Below are positions 44,410 through 56,910 of a stretch of 64,000 nt of DNA, piece by piece (position 1 is the first letter of the stretch; each line of letters begins with the position of its first letter). Source of the DNA: Raillietiella orientalis (lineage: Eukaryota); assembly GCA_036172245.1 (NCBI GenBank), contig JAYWIR010000025.1, positions 2,914,001 to 2,978,000 on the forward strand, given 5' to 3'. The translations under genes were made by a program, and so were the position numbers. The notes below the pieces were generated by a model that did no database searches, was not told where the DNA came from, and was given only the letters and a program-made list of their open reading frames with translations.

Positions 44410-45040
44410 ATCTTTGTCGAGGAACGCAGATGAAATGGTTCGCTCTTTTCCCTTGGAACGGGCCTGCAAGAGGCACTCGAAGGATTTTCGGTTTTCCTCC
44501 TTCCTCTGCGTGTCCCATTCTCGCAGTTCAAGCCGATTGAGATCTCTTTCGGGATGTGGCGCTCCACGGAGACATCCACAAGTTGCGCTTGCCATTTTTT
44601 CAGACGGAACAACTTTTCCTGATGCTGGGAAATGCAACCGGGGAGTTTCTTCGGCCTGGATCGACAGAATGAGGGGACTTCGGTGTTCCGGTGGAACTTA
44701 CGTCTTGCAAAAAGCCGTGTGCTTGCTCTTGGACGGCATTTCTCTGAAAGTTGCCTGCAGCTGTTGTCGCCGTGTTCGTCAGAGATGTTGTTCCTGACAT
44801 TGGAATCGACAAGACTGTGCGGCAGATTGAGGGATACCACCGGCTCGTGAATGCAACCGGAAGCTGAAGCTCCTTTGGGTTCGCTCGGATGGATTCTCCG
44901 CTTCCGGTTTCCGCCTCGGCGTGAAAGAGGAAGGTTCGATAAGTGGAGATGCACCTGACGTGGCGATACGTCAAGACCTGCTGTGCGATTTATTCGTGAA
45001 TGGATTCAGGAATCGCCGCTCTGGCCATTCTGAAATCTCT
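44410..45040. repeat. Dispersed repeat, second copy of 2950-3565
   Basis: Reverse-complement match to 2950-3565, with a high-identity core at 44551-44960. Confidence 0.85.
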
Positions 45041-48000
45041 GCTGGGGGAGGGTCGAGCGCATTTCGATCCCTTTTGATTCGCCTGAGACGCCCTCTGCAT
45101 GAGCTCTCCCTGCACCACACCTGCCAGTGGTAGTTATTGTCAGCCACAGTGAGCGCTCTGGGTTGCTGCAATGCCTACTACACTTAGAGCTTCTCAAGAG
45201 AGTGCGCGTGGTTGACAGACGTGGGATGACGTCCTGAGAATAACTGTCTGTGGCGATGTGCAAGTGGGCTTCGGTTTTTATTGATGCACAAGAGATCTTT
45301 GAGAAATGCGTGGGCGGGGCTCGAGAAAAACCTCGGAAAACGGACGAAAGTTTTCCTTTCTTTGTCAATTTGTCCGGGATTTCGGAGCGAATCTTCCGGG
45401 GATTTTCCGAGACGCAAACAAAAGATCGCGTTCGCGAGGGCAGCTTTCTGGTGCACTGGCGCGTTAGGCTGTCGGCGAGCTTTCCGCATGCTTTCAGGGA
45501 GGCGTCGGGTCATATCCAGGAGGTATCACTCGTTCGGCTGGCTCCGAGACATCTGATACGAATTCCGGGTGCGCCTACCCCACGAGTCTGGGAATTCCTT
45601 GGGTCGGATCTGTTGGTTCGCATCTCTCTCGCGTCAGCAAGTCCTCTCACCTCTCCCACAACCAAAACAAGCTGCAGAATGAAGGAAAAAAGACCATTCC
45701 TCCTGGTTTCTGGTATGGACAGAGGATTCTGGCAACATTGCAGCTCTCTGGGCGCTTGTATGGAAGCCCTACTCGGAGCTTCCGCGCAGAGAGCGATGGA
45801 TCTTGACCTAAGTAAGATGCCGGCACTTGTGACGAGGGCCGCAAGGAGTCAGCATTTCGATCATCTCTATGCCTACGGGCAGCAGCATCTATCCTCATAG
45901 CTTGGCTCCAGCTTCGGACAGACACGAAAGCTTCACAGACATCACTGCTGACGGGGCCGTTTCTTGGCCGACTGCTATCCCACTGATCTTGGAACGACTC
46001 CTTCCGCGTGAAGCCTTAGTGGTCCGCAACAAAAAAATTTCCAGAAAAAAAGAAAAAGAAAAGGGAACACATCTTCTACATTCGAATCATTCAAACTCGT
46101 TTCTCCGCGCCCATCAATAATCGCTGCTGTCTTCCAGCTTTGGGAGATCTCAGGTCCCCCAAAAGCTCTTCCAGACGAACGGAAGAGGTTGACCTGATGA
46201 AAATATCCAGGGTGCAAGCTTTCTCAAATTGTGTCCTCCACCACTTTGCTTCCCCGCAAGATCCTGAGCCTTGAGGTACAAGGAAAGCACCGTATTCAAG
46301 GAAGCACGAATGAACGCGTGCCTTGACTAGGTCACATCAAGGGTATTTCTGGCGACCTCTATTTCAAAACAGAAGGGAATGGTAAGATTTAGTTTCTGTC
46401 TCTTTGAAGAACATTTTTCTCTCTCTTTCATCTGATTTTTTTCTCTTCTTTTTCTTCTTCAGGCTGCAATGTTTCACCTTATTAACCTGAAGCGAACCGG
46501 GCTCTCACCCCGTCCAAGAGATGCCCGCAGAAAGAATGTTGAAAGATTGTTCCCCAGAGACGATATCCATCCATCTGGAAGCACTGGAACCAAAGCGACA
46601 CTGACTCTGACCCGAAAGGCTGTTTTGCTGATCATTTGGTTGCATTCTTTGTTTCGTGCAGAATGAAACGACCTCATGTTGACAGCGGGGGACACGTTTT
46701 TGACCGCAAGAATCTTCCGATAAATTGCCCTCATCAGTTATTAGCCCTCGCGAGGAGGAGGGGAAAGGGGAGGGAGGAACTACCCAATGACCAGCTTGGG
46801 AAAGGTTAAATATCGAAAGATGCTTCTTTTATTTATAGCAACCCATTTTGGGTGGTCCGAAACAGGTCCAGCCTCCCTGCCTTGCTTGGGCTTCCCTGTT
46901 CCTTCTGGGAGCGCGGCAGTGAACGCTGCTGCCTGACTGCCTAAGACGGATCGCTGATTTGCATCGCAGTCGTCTCCTGACTACCTGCGTCTTTCCCACG
47001 TTGTTAAGAGAGACACCGGATGAAACTCGCCAAAAGTGGTTCGTTCGCGGCGATTTTTTTCACGGGATCCGAGTGCCTGCCAGTCTCCTGACTCCTCTTT
47101 TTTGAGGAACGACCATAGCGGAGAAAAAAAAATCCCCGTGGTCGGCCTTGCTCTTGAGGTGGTCCGCAGAGCGATGCACGGCGTGCAAAAATCAGGCACA
47201 GAACACCTTCATTCCAGCTGACTTGCACCCGCGGTTTTCTGCGCTTGGGAAAAGGTCAAGAGTGCTGAATTTTTCCGAGAGGAGGAAGGGGGAAGCCGAA
47301 AGAATTGCGCGCTCTTCCGCTGGAAGAGTGAGAGCACAATGGAGATGCGGCCGTGCAAAGGGAGGGAATGGTGCGTCTGCGAAGAAAAGCAGGAAAAAAA
47401 AAAAAAAAAAAGAAAAAGAAAAGAAAGAAAAGAGGGAAAAATGAGAGTCCTGAGGCGGCAGAAGATGTGGCAGGAAGGCGTGTCTTCGAGCTCCGGGCTG
47501 GAACCAGGCGATGATGACTCGAGGAAAAACGCGGCCAACGAATCGGCTGGGGCGGTCATCTCGCCTGCCCGCACACGCGAATCCACGAGCGGCGAGGGTA
47601 GGAAGGAGGAGAGAATTCCTATCAGCACGTAGCGATCGATCGTTTGCTTTCTCTTTTTCATCTTCTTCTTCCTCTTTCCCTCTCCCCCACTCCTCCCCTG
47701 AGAAAAAGAGGAGGAGGAGAAGCAGTCGCATGCAGGGAGTGTTCTCATCGAGACACCTTGAAAGGGTGGTCATTAGAGCAGTCGCTGTTGTCATTTGCTT
47801 GTGATGAAAGGGAGCGTACCAGCCGCGTCTCGCGTCGCGACCTCCAGCACGCAAGGGCTCGTCAGCAAGTGCGCGCGCTGCCCGTCAACTCTCAACTGAG
47901 CTCCTTTGAATCCCGAAGCTCTCTTTCGGGGAGTTTTCGCTGCTATTGCTGATTCTCAGCTAGCATCTCCCCCCCTCCCTCTCATGTGATCCCGTTGCCA

Positions 48001-50203
48001 GGGTGCATCCTTTGCATGGGGACGAGACTGCAGCGGCTGCAGCGGTCAAGCCGACCGGGAGTCATCTCACGCGCGACGGCGGCGGCGAACGGAGGAGTTC
48101 CGCTGCCAAAGAGATGCTCCTGGGACGGAGCACTTCGCGTGGGAGGGAAGGCGGTTTCCCCGAGGTTCGATGCCGGAGGCGATTCGCTGGAAAAAGGCGT
48201 GGTCTGCCTCTTGTGGCGTGCCATCGCTCGGCAGAAGGACTCGTTCCTGCGCTTGGTAAACCCTGTGCCCGGTAGGGTGTCCTTGCTGGGCTGTCTGGAA
48301 ACCTCCTCTCCTTCACCTGCTGCCTCTGCCCGCGTCTTCGTTGTAGTAGTAGTTGTAGTCTCTCTTACGCGCGGCGCCGCGCAAAAGGTCGTCCCAAGGT
48401 CATGAGGAGCCAGAGCGCGCCAATTCCTGAAACCTGGTCTGATCGGCTGCGGAAATCGCGTCTGCGGAGCTCACCGCGCCTGCGCGCGAGCAGCGCGTAG
48501 TGGCTCCCAGTTTCGCTGCAGTCTACCAATTTTCCGGGAATTGCCCGCGCTCGGGGTGACGACTCTGGGATTAGAGGCGCCGTCGATCCTGCTGCTGCTG
48601 CTTCTCGAATGCTCCTCCAGAGACAAAACGCAGCCAAAGCGGGAAATGAAGAACGGACTGGGGAATTCCAGGGCAGACTCAGGACTGCAAGGAGCTGGTG
48701 ACGTCAGCCACGCATTGAGGCTCGGGCAGACGCGCTGACGTTACCACCTACGTCGCTCTGCTCGCATCTTTCGGAAGTGGCACGCGCCCGATGCGGAAGA
48801 AGATTCATTGATTTATGGGGGACCGTCCCGTCTCCAGTTGCCAGGTTGGGGGCCGAGCCGACCTTTCGGTTTCGCTCTGGGGCTTTGGCTGCTTACCAGA
48901 AAGCACTGCCGCTTCAAACATGGCTTCAAGGCCTTGGCTCCCCCACCCCCAGTTTCTACGCATCCTCGATTGATAGCTGTACTCCAGCACGATTATTGCT
49001 AATTGAAAACTTCGCAAGAGAAGGGGGAGGTGACCGCCACCGACGACGCTACCACAACCATAGCCGCAACGGACATCAGGGAACCACGCGCTTGCCGTTA
49101 AGAGCGTGCAGGAAGCCCAGCTGCCGACTGCCCAGCCAAGCCAATCTGCATCTCGATGCAGCAGCTGAACCAGAGTGAAGGCGGTGGAGCCGGACATTTC
49201 GATGCGGGCGCGTCGGAAACATTCCTGTGGGTGCGTCCGCAAAGAGGTCTGCAGATGAGGTCGCCTCACATCTGGTCTGTTGCCTCAGAGGGGGATGTGT
49301 CCTTCCTTCGTCCACTCTCCACGAGGGTGGGCACGCTCGCGCCTGGGACCCATCTCCCGCACGGTTCGGCGTCCTCCAGTGCCGGAAGTGCGTGCGCGGG
49401 CCACGCTCGCGAGCGACCTCTCAAGGGTCCGGTGGAGGTCGAGTTACCGTTCGGAGAAAACCGCGAGATCGGCACGAGGAACGTGCTCTTTTGCGCTCAG
49501 GCTTGCGGGACAGCTGTTGCCACGCAACGCTTCTGAGGAGCGACTGCTTTCCTCACAGACTGCTACCTGAACGCTTCCAGCTTCACTGCTTGGCCCGTGT
49601 GGAATTTAAGGCAGGTCCTTTGGAATCGATCGGTCAGTAGCAGGAAACCAGGATGCATTCCACCCCTCTTCTTTGAGATCTGAAGATGCCTGTGGTGAAG
49701 ACGGACAGTTCAACCCTCTCTCCAAGCGGCGGGAGTCGGTGCTACATATGTTGCGTCGATGCCTTCCCTGGCAACTCTCGCCGGCACCACTGGGCCAGAG
49801 GAATCTGTGACGGGTGCCAGTGAGTGGAATCTGTCCCGCGCAAGCTAGTCGACTGTGCTGCCCTCCAGACAGTGTGAGAACTCCTCTTGGGGGGTCCTTC
49901 TGACGCAAGTCCCCGAAGACGTTGCCAAGAGCCTCTTCGTGCCGCCGCGTCCGCACCAGCCGTTTATTACCTTTTCTGGATCACGGAGGCCTGGAGAGAT
50001 AGAGCGAAGAGGAGGACGATGGAGATGTCGTCCCCTCCGCGCTCCTCTCCATGAAAGCAGAGACACGATGGGTCCACCTGGAAAGGTGAGGGTAGAGGAG
50101 GGACCTGCTGGCATTCTGGTCGGCATGCGGAGCGCAGGGCAGGACGGACAGCGACCTCTTCCTACTTCAGAGGGTGCAACTCACTCTTCAAGCTATAGGC
50201 ACT

Positions 50204-53200
50204 GACCCCATAGGGACCACCCTATGACCCCAGACAGTCTCCATCTTTTCTCCATCTCATCTCCTCGAGAGAAAAGAGGGTCCGCTCCTTTTGCACTTGG
50301 GAGGGAATTCCAAAGGGAAGTCTCCAACCTGGTTGTCTCCGAAGGGAACTCCCGGTTTGTGGGGCCGCTCCTCGTTTCTTCTCTGAAGGGAACCCAGAAA
50401 GGATCCGTTCCTGAAATTTCTTATCCAGAAGGAACGCCCTCAAGAAAACCGCCACTTGTTGGTGCTCCTTTGAAGAGAACCCCGAAGGGACGCTCCCAAA
50501 TTTCTCTGGAGAGCATTTCTGATCTTCTGAAGCAGCATCAACCAGCTCTACGGCACGCGATGGAGGGTTCTCTTTCGAAGGGAGGAATGGCTCCGGCTTC
50601 GAGACCGGAGGGGAACCTCGGAAGGAATCGATCCCTTGATCCCCGGGAGGACCCCGAAGGGTTTACTTCGATCCTGACCAGTCAACAGGAACATCCACTT
50701 CCGGAATCCACCAGTGCCGAAGCCTCGTTTCGCTCATCTAAGCTGCGGCTCCTCTTCAAAGGAGGAGAGCTACAGAGCATTGACAACTGGCGACCGATTA
50801 CCGTGATAAGTGCGAACGCCAGGTTGCTAGAGAAACTGTGGGCTGAATGTCTGGGGCGGGTAGCGGAAAGCTTCATTAGCCCGGGACAGCCGTAAGCTGT
50901 TCCTGGGCGGACCATGGGCGCCAACCTGTTCTGCCTTAATACCTGGTTTGCCCTCCAACAGGAAAGGGAGATGATGGGCAGCCGGAGCGTCCGTTGACCA
51001 GGAGGCTCTTCTGGAGCTGCTGGAACGCTTAAGCTTTCCGGACTAATTGCTGGCCTATCTGCGTTCCAGCTGGCGCCACGCGTTCATCAACATCTCTTTC
51101 AGCGGTCAGATGGTGCATGGCGTGCCGGTGCGACGCGGCATAAGGCAGGGTGACACCCTGAGTCCCCTGCTCTTTAGCACCTATTTCGCATTGGTGCTGA
51201 GAGCATACAGGGATACTCTGGTCTCCAGTCCCGGTTATGTCCGGATGCGCCTGCCATCTCAGTACACGCGGACGATCTGCTGCTGCTCCCCATGTTCACC
51301 CCATGCTCACTCGACGGCTTCTTTGAGTTGCTCAGCCGCGGGACGGACCCACTGCTAAACAGGGCGAAGTCGTCCGTGTTCCCGTTGGTGCGGCGTGGAC
51401 AGGGCTTCGGACTGGATTCGCCTGGGGATCCCCATGGGCCGACACTTGAAGAACCTCGCCGTTCCGTTGGGGGACTTCTGCTCCGCAGAAGCCTGGTCCG
51501 ACCGTCTTCAGAAAGCACTGCAGGCGCTCGGCCCGTTCCAAAAAGACGGGTTTTTCCTGCCAGAACGGGCTGCAGTGTGGAGCGCTTTCGTGGCCCCCCT
51601 CCTCTGCCCCTTGATTTTGCTTGCTCCCCGCAATGCAGCATCAGAAAGTGGAGAAAGGATCTCCTCCGGATAGCCCTCTGGGGCAAAGGGAGACCCCGAA
51701 TCTCCCTAAAGGACTTGTGTGCTCCGCTCTGGGACCGGCGGCCTAGGCCTTCTGACGCTGAAGCGAATGGAGCTGCAGCTCCAGTTTGGAACCGTTGCTC
51801 TCGTGGCAACCCTCAACGATCTCTCTTAACGACTGACGAATGCACCCTCTGTTCCGCAGGCAGGTGCACTCTGCCTCGCTTGTGCTGTTCATTTCACCCC
51901 ATGCGAAAACGGGAATCCTGCAGCCAAGAGGACGGAGATCCAGGGATTTCGCTGTACCAAAGCAACCATTTGGCAAAGTTGAGAACCAAGATGGTTCAAG
52001 CTTCGTTCGGTGGCCACGGCGATCGGAGTCAATCCCTCGCAGCCAGTTGCTCGTTTGGAGAGAATTCTCGCCGGAGAGCACGAAGGCGTAGTCCAAAGAG
52101 CATAGTCTAATGGAGCAACGCCAGGTGCCAACCTGCACGTCTTCTCGTGCAGCAAGCCACGGCAGCCTGGAACCCGCGTCCTTCCTTGCGCATCGGCCAT
52201 GCAGTCTCATCCGCTGTAAACTGCACCTGCGGTAGGTGGCCACGCTGGCTAGGAAGAAAGGATGGATCTCATACCACCCGGCGAGTGGTAGTGCATTGTT
52301 GAAGGAGCCAAGAGTGGAAGAGGTACGATGTTTCCTGTATGCGCACAACAGCAACTGCATGCTTCGGTAGATCCTAGAAGATCCTGCGAAGAGTGCATGG
52401 GCAAGCAGAACCTCCCTCGCTGCCGCACTGCCATCCCTTAGGGAAAAGGCAGCATCCTTAGGGCCAGATGGGAGGTTACTGTGCAAATCTCCGCAAAGAG
52501 AAAAGGACTAGATGAGTGAACGACGGACCAGCTCACTGACGCTGCGACCCCGAGTCCTCGACCCCATGGACTTTTGCGCTGGGACGTGCTACTGGGTATT
52601 CCAGAGGAAGACCTGCAGTGGCCTTCCGATGCTCATAAACACGCTTCTTCTCCCCTTAAAGTGGCAGGAGTCGGCGTTTAGGCTGCTGCACTAGGGCCTC
52701 CCGGGCAATGCCCACCGTCATCACTGGACGCGGGAGAGTATGGACCCAAACTGTGCCAGTTGCGGGCAGCGAGAATCCCACCTGCACCTCCTAGCGGACT
52801 GTATTGCCTTCTGATCCCTTTAGGGATATTTTGCTGCGACCCTTGGAATCTCCGCAGCAGCTCCAGACACGTTTTCAATCACCGTTTCCTGTGCGACGCC
52901 CTCACGCCGACCGCATTCTTAGCAGCACTTTGCTGCCCACGCGGCGGGACCGTGGCTGCATGGAGCAGCAACTCCAGAGGAGGCAAGGACGACAGGGACG
53001 CCATCTACTTTGCTGTCCTTTTCATGAGGACAGCTTCAAGATGGACCTATTTGAAGATCATAAAACAGGAACTTGCCGGCATCCTTAGAAGGATGAAGAG
53101 GACATCCTCCAGCACGCAGTGATGCCTTTCCAGACCCCCCATTTTTCTGACTGCATTTTTTGTTTTATTTTTTTTTTGTCTCTTCCTTTGTGCTGCCGAG

Positions 53201-53512
53201 GAGAAACTCCCCTGCTGGACAGCGTGCCAGTTCCCGGCAGGTTCCCCCTCGTAGTTATAAGTATTGTGGCAGGATCAAACGTCCTGCTACAGACGTGTCT
53301 GTTTATTTTTTATAAATAAACGCCCCGGAAAGACCGGGTGTCAATCAGAGCAGCACCCGAATAGGGAAACCAGCGCCACCATGCGTGGAGAAACTTGAAA
53401 CCCACAACGCATCCCCATTTCTCGAAGGGTCGATCCTTTCCCCGGCGGGATTCGAACCCGCAGAGCTCGGTGTCACGGGAGGAGACCGCAGCCAAACATC
53501 CGCCAGCGAGGG
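50204..53512 (-). mobile_element. tRNA-derived SINE-like repeat, copy 5, split by the LINE (body 50204-50719, head 53321-53512)
   Basis: On the minus strand the head reads TGGCGGATGTTTGG (A-box-like) ... GGGTTCGAATCCC (B-box, 53447-53459). The body matches copies 1 and 2 (GTTTGTGGGGCCGCTCCTC, CTCTGAAGGGAAC). Confidence 0.75.
50720..53320 (+). mobile_element. 5'-truncated, decayed non-LTR retrotransposon of L1/Tx1 type (RT, C-terminal zinc finger, 3' UTR), inserted in SINE copy 5
   Basis: RT motifs LLFKGG..IDNWRPITV, Q..VPGRTMGAN, GIRQGDTLSPLLF and (Y)ADDLLL across a frameshift. L1-like post-RT motif LWGKGRPRISLKDLCAPL/GGLG. CCHC finger CASCGQRESHLHLLADC at ~52773-52803. Stop at 53120-53122, and the 3' UTR ends TTTATAAATAAA. 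Several stops and frameshifts. Confidence 0.9.
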
Positions 53513-56395
53513 CAAGAGAAGGGGTCAGGAGCCAAATCTAAACCTTCGGCTGCATAGGTACTGCCCCCATCCCTACCTTGTCGAGCCACGAAGGGACCCC
53601 GCTCCTGGATGAGGGATCGTTCCCGGACGGACGTCTCTTGGAGCAGCCCGCGTTCGCATGAGCTGCTCCTCTCGCATGGATCTCCGTGGAGTGCTGCCGG
53701 CACGCTCCTCCCCTCCAGGATGCTGCGGGATTTCGTAGAGGAGTGGATGCCCGAACCTTTCCGGGAGAAACCCCCACTGAAAAATGCCTCGCTCTCGAAA
53801 GGGGCAACGGCAAACGAGGAGGCGGCGGCACGGAGGGAAATCTTCCGCGTAAGAAAGCATCCACCTCTGGTGAAAGGAATCAAACCGGCAGCACTCCCGG
53901 GCTCCAGAGGCAACCGTCCCTTGTCCCACGGCCTGCGGATCCGAGGAGCAGCCATCCGAGGACCATCGGAGTGCTGCCGCGAGAACGCGCTGGTTCACCT
54001 GGCCCGAGACACCCAAGCTGCTCGGGTAGAACCTTCCCGGAAAGTTCCTTTCTCCTCCTCGGCGCTTCCGCCCCCGTCTACCCATCCACAACCCGTGCGC
54101 GCTCACGTTCCGACCCAACGGATGGACGTTCCGGGCGGCGGTTCCGAAAGCGCGTCGCGGGAGGAAGATCAAGGGTGAGCCGTTGTCCAGATCTTCGGTT
54201 TGTCCGGCTCGTGAAACGCCGAGTCATCCGAGTGATGTCGGACAACTGCCATGTTTCCTCCGGTCCCACTTTAAAATCTCCACAAATCACTTCGACCAGC
54301 TTCTCCTCCTCCCCCCCCCCTTTTTTTCCTCCTCTTTTTCCTTTTTTTTTGTCTGCAGAAAGAGGATTCGCGGGTTTCCGCTTTTTGCAAAAGATTTATT
54401 GCCTTTTGTTCCGCCAGACAACAGAGAAGAAGATTCGTCAGAATTCTTCCCCCACTCTTTCCTGTCTCTCCATCACGTGTCATCTCCTTGATGCGGAGCA
54501 CGCTGCAGCTTCCATCCCGAAAGGAAGGACAGAATTTATGGCTCAGGTTCGGCAGCATCCGATTCCGAGCAGCTCTCGGCAGAGGATATGCGAAAGGAGG
54601 GAGTGAAGGGAAAGGAGGACAACCTGAGGGGCGACGTCCGGAAGGACATCTGTCATTCCTCCTCCTTCCCGAGCGCGGCCGGGAACGATTTTCGGGCCTC
54701 TGCCGTTCCAGGGATTCTTCCGCATCCATTCCGCACTTCGTCGTCGCCGTGCAGCTTTCGAAAGCCTCGGGGGCGGGGGAGAGCTGAACAAGGGGTGACG
54801 TCACCGTGTCAGGCCAGCAGCGGCGAGAGTGGTCCGCGCCCGCTGCCTAATGACCTGAATTTTGTTGTCCGCCAAGACCAGCTCTCTCCGGGATCCCCTT
54901 GTCGACTGTTTTTGTTTGTCTGCATGGGCACCGGGATTTTGGGAAGGGATCAGACAGTTCCGCTCTGAAGGATCTTCCAGGCGCTTTTCCGGAAGCGGCG
55001 GTGATCTGCGGACGGTTTTTTAGAGGCACCCTCCCTGCATCCCACGCACTGCGGATCCGAGGGACAGCAACCAGACGGCTTCCCCTGCCCCGCTCCCTGT
55101 TTTCGAGGATCCCTTTTCGTCTTGTCAGAGGCAATCGAAACCAACGCTTTCTTCTTCCCGGATGTCCCGAGCGGTGAAACCGAGCGTCCACGAGACGATA
55201 CTCGCGGCCTTCTTTCCAGGTTCGAGGCGACCGGATTTTTCCGCCTGGAGGCAGCAGCAGCGGCAGCTCCGTTTCCAGGAGTTTGGAGGGCGAGAGATGT
55301 CGGAAGTGCCCCCGCGAGAGGGGGTGGGTGCTTTCGCTCCCGCTAGAAATGTGCCTTTCACTCGCTGGAAGATTTTTTCCCCTTTTCTTTCTTTTTTGTT
55401 TTTGGCGCCTTCCCTTCGGCGCCGAGTCGGGATCGGCCACGCCTCCGGAAAACCTGACTCACGCCCCGGAGTCCTCACCGTTTCGGCGGCTGTCCTGAAC
55501 CTTTCCTCCGACAGCTGCTAAGGAAGGGGATCTGCAAGCCAACCCTCCACCCTCTCCCAAGATCCTGACCCTGCGCACTCTCGATCTAGCAGAAAGTGGG
55601 AGCGGCCCCACCTCCCAGTGGCTTCTCGGACACTGGCGTAGGTCGCCGTCGGTAGGTCTTCTGTCCCTGGATGGGCAACCGGTTCAGCAGCAGGGAGGAG
55701 TTCGTTGCCCGGGACGTTCGGGGCCGGAACCATCCGGGATGCATCAGTCCCTGCATGGGACTCTCTGTTGATGGTCGAGCTGCCCCTTATGGGGTCGAGC
55801 TGCTACAGGAGCGTCAGAGACTTCCTGTCTCCCCGCTTGCAGTTTCTCTGCCTCCCGAACGAAGTCCCAAGGCCTACTGGGAAGAAGCAACACAAGTCGA
55901 GGTCTTTGGATGCGCTTCTGGACCGGCCGTCACCTCTTAGACAGCCAGTTCGGCCATGGGGTGCAAACCCACGAGAATTCGTTGCTAAGAGACGCGTCGC
56001 GGAGTCAGTTGAGCGACAAAGCCACCGCGGCAGGCGGATGAACCCAAGCTCGCTACTGAACGTAAGGATCAGCAGGTGCTGTGATGAGGGTGGAGGGAAG
56101 GTCCAGAGGTGATTTTAGAGGAGAGAGCTTTCTCCGTGCGAACAAGACGGGCCGGAATGAGTCGCGCTTCGGCCCTACGCATCCCGTTGGCCTGAGGTGC
56201 GTCTTGCCCTTGCTGCCACGTTGAATCGTGCGGTTTCGCAGAACCCGGAACTTTCATCTGACCACCCCAAGCTCTTGGTTCTCCAAGACGAGTTCCCAAA
56301 GAGTTGGCAACTGCGATGATCGACTCGGGAGAGTCGGAACGGACCAAATCGCTCACCAGAGACGCACACCTCCCCTCCCTCCAGAGGAGCCGTCG

Positions 56396-56426
56396 TAATA
56401 AATAATAATAATAATGATAATAATAA
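56396..56426 (+). repeat. Imperfect (AAT)n microsatellite
   Basis: taataaataataataataatgataataataa. Confidence 0.8.
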
Positions 56427-56910
56427 ATGAGACATGGAGAAAAGCAAAAAAACCTGTGAGCCAATGAGAATTCGAGCTCTGCCCAGACTCCAGGCGAAGC
56501 AGCGAAGTGGTCACCTGTCAGGAAAAAAAGAAAAGAAAAAAAGAACGCACCAAATTTGCACGTCGCCGTCACACTGGGCGACACCTCCCTACATGATCCG
56601 TCTGCGTATTCCACAGCTCGATTCTGGCTGCATCAAGGCGCTCTGCGCGGGCGGCAAGATCTTTCGACGTGTTGGGTCTTGGGTGAGTGCCGGGCACTGC
56701 GTTGAGGTTCCGTGATGATGATGGAAATCCTTTTCGGGCTCTTCTCTGCTTTCTCTTTTAGCCTTTTTTCTTTTTCCCCTTCGGGTTTTCTTTCCTTTTT
56801 GGTTCGCAAAGTGCTGAAAAAGAACCGTTCGCCTTTTTAGGGGGGGCTCACGAAGTTCCTCAACGCTCTCCACGCCGCCACCCGAAGGTGTGCGTAGCTC
56901 TTCAAGTTTT

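Noticed and set aside
44950..46000. Possible decayed NACHT NTPase (DLF, ISAGGGSS, VFIDAQE, HESFTD)
   Set aside because: The Walker A lysine is absent and the motifs are too degenerate to call without a profile search.
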